NCBI GenBank assembly: GCA_016930795.1
Contig: JAFGFY010000069.1
Coordinates: forward strand, 1 to 55,743
Source of the DNA: Deltaproteobacteria bacterium
GTDB taxonomy: Bacteria > Desulfobacterota > DSM-4660 > Desulfatiglandales > HGW-15
Reading direction: 5' to 3'
Length of the DNA stretch: 55,743 bases
Shown here piece after piece: positions 49,106-55,743 of the stretch. Under the pieces are notes generated by a model. It was given only the letters and a program-made list of their open reading frames with translations. It had not been told where the DNA came from and made no database searches. Each line of letters begins with the position of its first letter. The stretch's first letter is position 1. The position numbers and the translations under genes were made by a program.

Positions 49106-50230
49106 TTAATCCTCTCCCCTGTCGCTTTTAATATCCACATTGTAGATCCTAAGCCTATCTCCCGGATGGATGGGGTTTTTGATGTTGATACGGTTCCAGA
49201 TAAGAATGGAGGATAGAGACACACCGAACCTATCGGCGATTAGAGAGAGATTATCCCCTCTCTTCACCACATAGATCCTTTCATTTCTTGCGGTTGCGTA
49301 TTTTTCTAGATCAGCTTTGTACCTTTCTTGAAAACCTTTTGAGGCCCCTTCAGGAACAAGGATCTCATGCTTTCCTTTTGCCAGGTAGTGCCCTCGAATT
49401 TCAGGATTCAAATCCTTTATCTCTTTGAAATGTGTTTTTGCTGCATCGGCTATAATCCTGATAGGGACTTCTTGGGAACATTCCAAATAAATCCGGTCGA
49501 ATGTCAGAGGAGGATAGAAGTCTTCTTCGGCAAGGACAAAACCATATCGCTGAGGATCAGTGAAGATAAGCTTCACCGAAAGTATTCTAAAGATATATCG
49601 CTGTGTCTCGAGAGGAAGGTAAAGATCATAGAAATCTTCCGTACCCTGTTCCAGTCTCTCCGCTTCAAGACCCTTCTCCCCCATATTATAAGCGGCCGCA
49701 GCGAGTGTCCATGATTTGAATTGGACCTTCAGTTCCATGAAGTATTTGATCGCGGCCCGGGTTGACGCGAAGACACTTCGTCTTTCATCCACATACTCAT
49801 CAATAACAAGCCCATGTTTCCTCCCCGTATCCCTTAAAAATTGCCAAAAACCTATGGCGCCCTTATTCGAACCCGCATGTGGTCGAAGGGCGCTTTCCCC
49901 GATGGCAACATATTTGAGATCATCAGGCATGCCACTCTCTCGTAGTGCCTTTTCGATATAAGGAAGATATCGGGTAGAACGTTTCAGCCATAGTATGACC
50001 TGAGGCCTATCCCAAAGAGAAAGCAAAAGCTCTTTTTCAAATCGCTCACGGACGTCTTGTTTCTCGAGAGGCACACGCTCATCACAGAAATCAAGAGAAG
50101 TCTCAACGTTAAGAGATGACATCAATGAGGGGTATTCGTCCGGCGCCAGAGACTGTCCATAAAGCCCTACACTGTATAGAAGTAGGGTAAAAAGAAGGGG
50201 GATGTATGTTCTCTGGCTGTTCACCTTCAT
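49106..50230 (-). CDS. Lytic transglycosylase (SLT) with C-terminal LysM, MltD-like
   Basis: DLKYVAIGES, GFWQF, AAAYNMGE, PLETQRYI, LysM YVVKRGDNLSLIA. Confidence 0.88.
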   Translation of the reverse strand: MKVNSQRTYIPLLFTLLLYSVGLYGQSLAPDEYPSLMSSLNVETSLDFCDERVPLEKQDVRERFEKELLLSLWDRPQVILWLKRSTRYLPYIEKALRESGMPDDLKYVAIGESALRPHAGSNKGAIGFWQFLRDTGRKHGLVIDEYVDERRSVFASTRAAIKYFMELKVQFKSWTLAAAAYNMGEKGLEAERLEQGTEDFYDLYLPLETQRYIFRILSVKLIFTDPQRYGFVLAEEDFYPPLTFDRIYLECSQEVPIRIIADAAKTHFKEIKDLNPEIRGHYLAKGKHEILVPEGASKGFQERYKADLEKYATARNERIYVVKRGDNLSLIADRFGVSLSSILIWNRINIKNPIHPGDRLRIYNVDIKSDRGED

Positions 50231-50648
50231 GTCGCGATCTCCTTGATACTGGTCGAAGACTGCATCATTTCGCCGAATCGAAAAAAGTTTATTTTCCAGG
50301 TACTGGGAACTGAATCTCTCAATGTGGGAATACGTTTAGTCCTTGATTCAGTATCCAGTATCCCGCAGAATCATGCAAGACAATATACGGAAAACAGCCA
50401 AACCTCGCTTTTCTCCATACAGGCCTTTGTATACTCCCAATCAAATACGATTGTATAATAATGAACACGTCGTTTATGTAAAACATACAAATCCTTTTCT
50501 GTTTTTTCACGCACAATATTGAAACCCCTTGTTCTTATCTGAATGAAAACACAGACATACTACAATGCTAAAACGGTTGGCATGGTTCATGAAGTTACCT
50601 GTGATATAACTTGCGATCATCAATGCTTAATAGAAGAAGAGGTGGCTA

Positions 50649-50897
50649 ATGACCGGAGAGAAAAAGTCCCCACATCTACACGAGATGGTAGAAGAACATG
50701 CAGGCAAAACATATCGTGAACATTTCATTGTCAAAGGTGATTTGGTCATTTTCGAGATCATGTCTGAAGATGGCACTTCCGAAATAGTATCCACACATAT
50801 AGGACGAGGAGGGCCCGAAGTTGCCGCACGACATCTGCAAAGAGAAATGATCATATCTGGACGAATACGGCCCTCAAAGCTAACCCAAGACATTTGA
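50649..50897 (+). CDS. Small hypothetical protein (82 aa)
   Basis: ATG preceded by GAGGTGG; no recognisable family. Confidence 0.5.
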   Translation: MTGEKKSPHLHEMVEEHAGKTYREHFIVKGDLVIFEIMSEDGTSEIVSTHIGRGGPEVAARHLQREMIISGRIRPSKLTQDI

Positions 50898-51096
50898 GTC
50901 GGCATTTCTCAGAACACATTCCTGTTGGGCTCTCCCGGCTTCTTCGGTTTTTTCCCGGCCTCAGTATCCTTATTATTTCCCTATGATACTTGAAGCGACC
51001 ATTCGTTACGCTCCAATTTTTTCCGCTTGACGCGACAAACATATTGGAGATAATCTTGATATAATAATTGGATATTACTAGGGATCAGGAGTTCTT

Positions 51097-51780
51097 TTGG
51101 CCCTTCATCTGTCTCAGAATATTATTAGATGGCGCCTTGTGCCGGTCTGTTATTTCCTTCTTCGGACCTACCTGTCCCTCTTGAGAATCAAAGTCATCGG
51201 CAAAGAAACCGCCTATGACCAAATCAAGGAACATGGTCGGATCATTGTCCCGATTTGGCATCAACGTCTGGTCCCTGCGCTTGCGTACGCTCGCAGATTC
51301 AAAGAGTTCCGTCCTATTGTCATGATTAGCCAAAGCCGGGACGGTGAATTCATTGCAGACATTGCTCAACGTCTGGGACTTGTCCCTGTAAGAGGTTCCA
51401 GTTCAAGAGGAGGGTCTGAAGCCCTTAAGACCATCGTGAGAAAGCTTGAAGAAAATCCCATTGTCAGTCATATTGTGGACGGCCCAAGGGGCCCCAAAGG
51501 AAAGGTCAAACCAGGTCTCATTCGAATGGCCCAATTGTCCGGTGCCGTTGTTTTGCCACTCATCCTCGCTGTGGACAAGGCTTGGATTGCGGGAAGCTGG
51601 GATCGTTTCCTGATACCAAAGCCCTTCAGCCGAGTGACAGTGCACTGGGGAGAACCGATCACTGTTCCCCGAAAAGCGGATCCTGAGGAATTTGACGCCT
51701 TTAGAAGACAGATCGAGAAAAGACTCATTCAAGCCCACGCGGAAGCTGACCTAAGGTCGGGGTGGAGAAAGCCCCTATAG
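51097..51780 (+). CDS. DUF374 / lysophospholipid acyltransferase family protein
   Basis: WHQR, SQSRDGE, RGSSSRGG, VDGPRGP, SWDRFLIPKPFS. Confidence 0.85.
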   Translation: MALHLSQNIIRWRLVPVCYFLLRTYLSLLRIKVIGKETAYDQIKEHGRIIVPIWHQRLVPALAYARRFKEFRPIVMISQSRDGEFIADIAQRLGLVPVRGSSSRGGSEALKTIVRKLEENPIVSHIVDGPRGPKGKVKPGLIRMAQLSGAVVLPLILAVDKAWIAGSWDRFLIPKPFSRVTVHWGEPITVPRKADPEEFDAFRRQIEKRLIQAHAEADLRSGWRKPL

Positions 51781-52025
51781 ACCGAAAAGTTCTGGTTTTC
51801 TCTGAAAGATGATGTGTGTTTCTATAATCCGCAGGAAAATTCTTTACTTTAAAGACGAGGCGATACCGATATTTTTATAATTAATTCAATAAGTTATTTT
51901 TTAATACCCAGTTCACAACTCAACCTAACTCAATATGCCACAGAACCCGGAAGGAATGCTTCGCATTTCCCCTTGACAAATCCAACGGTTATCGGATATT
52001 GAAAAAGAAAAAGGAGAAGACTGCC

Positions 52026-52316
52026 ATGGCCCTCACGAAGAACGATCTTATGAATTCCTTGCACCAGCGGTTGAAGCTTCGCAAGTGTAAATCTCTGGAA
52101 CTCCTGGAATCTCTCTTAGAGATCATGAAAAAGAGACTGGAGAGTGGTGAAGAGGTCCGGATCAGCGGATTCGGGAAATTCTCTGTCAAAGACAAACGTG
52201 AACGGAGAGGACGGAATCCGCAGAGCGGGGAGGATTTGATGTTGGAGCCAAGGAGAGTGGTGACGTTCAGATGCTCAGAGGTATTTAGGGATAAGATTAA
52301 TCGAGGTAGTGACTAG
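52026..52316 (+). CDS. ihfA: Integration host factor subunit alpha-like protein
   Basis: MALTK, ISGFGKF, RRGRNPQSGE, RRVVTFR; AAGGAG RBS; IHF-like site ATTCAATAAGTTA at 51884-51896. Confidence 0.85.
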   Translation: MALTKNDLMNSLHQRLKLRKCKSLELLESLLEIMKKRLESGEEVRISGFGKFSVKDKRERRGRNPQSGEDLMLEPRRVVTFRCSEVFRDKINRGSD

Positions 52317-52434
52317 GTTCACTATCTTGCTTGTAGTCCACCGGAGATCGATCAGACCGTAAAGACCATATAACTCGTTGAGCTGAATGCCCTGCGTGCC
52401 GGCTCAAGACCGAGTTTTGAATCATTTTAATTAG

Positions 52435-52474
52435 ACAAGAAAGGGTTGGCTATGGGAGGCCAACCCTTTCTTGT
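52435..52474. terminator. Probable terminator hairpin between convergent genes
   Basis: 16-bp stem acaagaaagggttggc / gccaaccctttcttgt with an 8-nt loop. Confidence 0.7.
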
Positions 52475-52522
52475 TCAAGTCATTTCATTCTCAGCAAGAA
52501 CGGGAAGAATGATGATTATAGG

Positions 52523-53143
52523 TTATGCGGTTTCAGGGGAGTATTCATTGTCTCTTATTTCAGTGATTTTTATCAGAACCATATATGCGGCGACAGTCCC
52601 GAGGACAATGGATATAAGATCAATATAATCAAATGTCCCGCGGATAAAGTAGGGTTTGACAGCTTCAAATATCGGAATTCCCTCAAACCAGTCGGGAAGA
52701 TTCTTCATTGGCTGCTTCAGGTATTTTTGACCCATTTCAAAAGCACTGTCTATGAGCAGCCAGCTCAGGCAGATAAAAAGATAGCCCTTTTTTCCACATG
52801 ATGAAATCCCTGCGGTTATTAGGATGAATGAAAACACATGTATAAAGTCAGGTAATGAGTGACCGACAATGCCAAAAAGGATTGGGATACGGTCATGTAT
52901 ACTCAGGTCTTCACTGTATTTATTGACAAAGTATGTTTGATCGGGTGGCCGGTCAATATAATACACCAGTACACCGATCATTAAAGCGATTGATCCGATA
53001 AGAATAAGATAGAAGTTCGCTTTATTGTTCCTGATTATCTTCAACATCCACGACATGTTTTTACAGCAAAGAATGGAATGAGTCCTCTGATTTGTTTCCA
53101 TAGTGTGGACAGAATTGAATCCTCTGCCCTGGTTAACGTGCAT
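52523..53143 (-). CDS. Hypothetical membrane protein
   Basis: About 4 hydrophobic segments, SLPDFIH, FEMGQ and GTFDYIDL motifs; true start probably downstream of 53143. Confidence 0.65.
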   Translation of the reverse strand: MHVNQGRGFNSVHTMETNQRTHSILCCKNMSWMLKIIRNNKANFYLILIGSIALMIGVLVYYIDRPPDQTYFVNKYSEDLSIHDRIPILFGIVGHSLPDFIHVFSFILITAGISSCGKKGYLFICLSWLLIDSAFEMGQKYLKQPMKNLPDWFEGIPIFEAVKPYFIRGTFDYIDLISIVLGTVAAYMVLIKITEIRDNEYSPETA

Positions 53144-53161
53144 ATATAAGGCACTGAATGA

Positions 53162-54574
53162 TTAGGCTGGAATGGGTGTATTTGGGAGAGTGACCGTAAA
53201 TGTACTTCTCTCATTCAGCGTGCTCGTGGCAGAGATGTGACCGCCATGTGCCTCGATGATGGCCCGCGCCCAGCTCAGCCCGAGACCAGTACCAGGCTGT
53301 GACCGACTACGATCGCATCGATAGAACCGTCTAAAGATAAGGGGCAGATCATCCCGGGATATTCCTATGCCGTTATCGTTGACGGTAACCACGACCTGAT
53401 CGGCATTTCCTTCGACGGTGACGGTAATAGTTCCACCGGCCGGCGTATACTTCAGGGCATTATCAAGAAGATTGGACACAACCCTTTGCAGTTTTTGATT
53501 ATCCGCCCAAATGAACGTATTGTCGGACAACCTCTTGATGATCCTCGTGTTTTTGTCTTCGGCAATGGGTCGAAACAACTCACACGTTTCATCCACGATC
53601 TTTGAGATGTCGACCTGAGAAATGTTCAGTTTTGAAAGGCCTGCTTTCGCCTCTGAGATATCCAGCATCGTGTTGATTATTCCGAGCAGTCGGTCGCATT
53701 CTTCAATAATGCTTCCGGTCATGAGTTCATAATCCCGGTTATCCCTAGCGCTTGTTATCGTCATCTCGGCAATGCCTCGTATCCTTGTGATCGGACTCCT
53801 CAGATCGTGGGCCATATTATCGGTGATTTCCCTCATTCCCGTGACCAGCGCTTGTATCCGCTCAGCCATATTATTGAAAGTGGCGGCAAGCCGGTCTATC
53901 TCTTCACCTCTTCCTGTTATCGGGACCCTGCTGCTGAAGTCCCCACCGGATATCTGAATCGCCGTCCGTGTAACCTCCTCCACTCCCTTGAGGGCGCTTC
54001 TTATAACGAACCATCCGACAAAGGTGGAATAGACAATGAGGACCGCCATGACTATGCCGAATTCCCTCCACCGCTTCTCGATTATCCGTTGAAGGCCTTC
54101 CTGTGATGTTCCTATTTGGAGAACCCTGTCAGGCCCGATGGCATAGGAAAGGATGCGTGCCTTATAGTGACTCTGAGGTAGGGGTAAGGTCTTAAAGGCA
54201 TGCCCAGTTTCACTATTGAGAATCCCTGTGACAATCGGGCTCAAGTCCATACCCAGGGAAGAAGTATCCGAAGACGCGAATACCTCCCCGTTTGGTCCAA
54301 GGAGACGGACAAACAGTCTATAGGAGTTTTTAATCTCATAGTCAAAAAGCCTCGCTATGTCTTCCTCAGTCATCCCTTTTACCGAGTCTAAGAGGAGAGA
54401 GAGCTCCTTTGCCTCCTCCAAGAGCCCCAGATCCACATCTCGGTAGTGGCCGGAATCTCTATGGAGGCGATAGCCCACAAAAGCCCCTAAAAAAGCGATA
54501 ACGCTCAAGAAATACAAGAGGGTTAACCGGAAAACAAGTGTATGTCGAAGTCTAAGAAGCTTCTTTAATGGCAT
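53162..54574 (-). CDS. HAMP-domain sensor histidine kinase (CusS/BaeS-like)
   Basis: EEIDRLAATFNNM HAMP, AHDLRSPI, NLLDNALKYT, DNGIGI, GTGLGL. Confidence 0.9.
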   Translation of the reverse strand: MPLKKLLRLRHTLVFRLTLLYFLSVIAFLGAFVGYRLHRDSGHYRDVDLGLLEEAKELSLLLDSVKGMTEEDIARLFDYEIKNSYRLFVRLLGPNGEVFASSDTSSLGMDLSPIVTGILNSETGHAFKTLPLPQSHYKARILSYAIGPDRVLQIGTSQEGLQRIIEKRWREFGIVMAVLIVYSTFVGWFVIRSALKGVEEVTRTAIQISGGDFSSRVPITGRGEEIDRLAATFNNMAERIQALVTGMREITDNMAHDLRSPITRIRGIAEMTITSARDNRDYELMTGSIIEECDRLLGIINTMLDISEAKAGLSKLNISQVDISKIVDETCELFRPIAEDKNTRIIKRLSDNTFIWADNQKLQRVVSNLLDNALKYTPAGGTITVTVEGNADQVVVTVNDNGIGISRDDLPLIFRRFYRCDRSRSQPGTGLGLSWARAIIEAHGGHISATSTLNERSTFTVTLPNTPIPA

Positions 54575-55229
54575 ATCCCACTCCCCGGACGGTCTTAATC
54601 ATTGTTTTGCCAAAGTCTCGATCAATTTTGTCTCTCAATCTGCACATTCGTGTTTCAACCACGTTTGTTTGAGGATCGAAGTTGTGTTCCCAGACATGTT
54701 CCATGATCATGGTCTTTGAGATGATCTTCCCCGCATTGCGCATGAGGTATTCAAGAAGCGCAAACTCACGAGGCTGCAGCTCGATATCCCTGCCTGCTCG
54801 AATCACTCTGCGGGAGATGAGATCCATGGACAGGTCCCCCAAGGTGAGACGAGTGGGCTCGGAGACACCGCTGGCCCTTCGTATCAGGGCCTGCACGCGG
54901 GCGAGAAGCTCGGAGAAGGCGAAAGGCTTGGTCAAATAATCGTCGCCTCCAGTCTGTAGCCCCTTTACTCGGTCATCTACAGAGCGTTTGGCGCTCAGGA
55001 TGAGTACCGGCGTTTTGACCTCTTGAGCCCGAAGCTTCTCAATGAGCGTTAAACCGTCAAGCTTTGGCAGCATGACATCAATAATCGCAGCATCATAGGG
55101 TTCGCTCAAGGCCATATAAAGCCCCCCCTCGCCGTCAGCAACATGGTCCACGGCAAAGCCCGCTTCCCTTAGACCCTTTACGACAAAAGAAGCGATCTTC
55201 AAATCATCTTCGACAAATAGGACTCGTAT
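54552..55229 (-). CDS. OmpR-family response regulator (CusR/CzcR-like)
   Basis: RVLFVEDD, IDVMLP, DDYLTKPF, LQPREFALLEYLM, IKTVRGVGY; family-typical start position is an ATA codon (ORF track extends to ATG 55310). Confidence 0.88.
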   Translation of the reverse strand: MRVLFVEDDLKIASFVVKGLREAGFAVDHVADGEGGLYMALSEPYDAAIIDVMLPKLDGLTLIEKLRAQEVKTPVLILSAKRSVDDRVKGLQTGGDDYLTKPFAFSELLARVQALIRRASGVSEPTRLTLGDLSMDLISRRVIRAGRDIELQPREFALLEYLMRNAGKIISKTMIMEHVWEHNFDPQTNVVETRMCRLRDKIDRDFGKTMIKTVRGVGYAIKEAS

Positions 55230-55578
55230 GGTTTGCCTCCCTGATTCGACGTTTGGAGATCTCCCTGTCGCTTGTTCACCTTCAAGTCGGCCTGACCATC
55301 CCCCCTTCATGGATTCCTAAACGAACATGCGCACCAGTGACAGAAGAACACGAGCTAAGACCGGGATGGATGAGAAAGTTTGGGAGGTAGTCGGACTTAA
55401 CTTCTTGTAACATAAGATAAAATAGAAGTCAATAGGCCAAATCCACCATCTAATATGGATATATTCTTTCAAATCAAGTGGTTTGGACTTATCCCTGATC
55501 ACCTGCAAGGTATTAGATGTAAGGCGCCGAGGAGCGACAACTGAGGCGTATAGGTCATATTCAAATACACCCTCTTAT

Positions 55579-55740
55579 GGAGCCCCACGGGTAAACCCGT
55601 GGTTCCCATTACATGACCCGCCTTCGCACAAGGCTTCGGCGGGTTCATCCGCCCCAGCGCCAAGGGCGACATCCGCCGAAGCGGATGACAAGAGCATTCC
55701 TCCCCGCATAAATGCGGGGTTTCCTGCGAAGGCGGATGAA
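55579..55740. repeat. GC-rich multi-hairpin element (REP/MITE-like)
   Basis: Hairpins ccacggg-taaa-cccgtgg, cccgcc...ggcggg, catccgc-cgaa-gcggatg, ccccgca-taaa-tgcgggg; ttcatccgcc pairs with ggcggatgaa. Confidence 0.7.
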
Positions 55741-55743
55741 AAA

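Noticed and set aside
50577-50593. Fifth sigma54 promoter TTGGCAT-GGTTC-ATGAA before the 82-aa ORF
   Set aside because: The -12 element lacks the conserved GC and no enhancer motif was seen; too weak to call.
52375-52416. Imperfect hairpin after ihfA (aactcg-ttgagc...gctcaa-cgagtt) as an ncRNA
   Set aside because: Short interrupted stem with no recognisable family features.

Overview
Chromosomal window from an anaerobic deltaproteobacterium, most likely a sulfate-reducing or syntrophic member of Desulfobacterota (inferred from gene content, not from a search). From 299 to 46856 essentially every gene is on the minus strand. About 1.3-43 kb forms a large sigma54-linked signalling and transport island. 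It holds five paralogous Cache-type histidine kinases plus one other sensor kinase, about nine receiver proteins with no DNA-binding domain, and two sigma54 enhancer-binding proteins. It also carries two SLC13/DASS transporters, TauE/TSUP, Na/Pi, FNT and OFA-MFS transporters, a DcaP-like porin, acs, cysC, Rex, an [FeFe]-hydrogenase-like Fe-S protein, tandem AcuB-like CBS-ACT genes, a cytidylate-kinase-like protein and a PEP-synthase-like protein lacking its acceptor domain. Four -24/-12 sigma54 promoters are readable directly. Three share an upstream motif (TGTC-N7-TTTACA-GA-N-TGKAAA) at 96-100 bp, defining a candidate regulon. Beyond the island lie rocD, an ArcE-like arginine synthetase and carbamate kinase, then pckA, an MltD-like enzyme, a DUF374 acyltransferase, an IHF subunit and an OmpR-type two-component pair. 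Also seen: an uncalled 44-aa membrane ORF, two pseudogene remnants, internal duplications, a MITE-like element and palindromic elements at both ends. No rRNA, tRNA or CRISPR array was seen. All family calls come from motif recognition without database searches.
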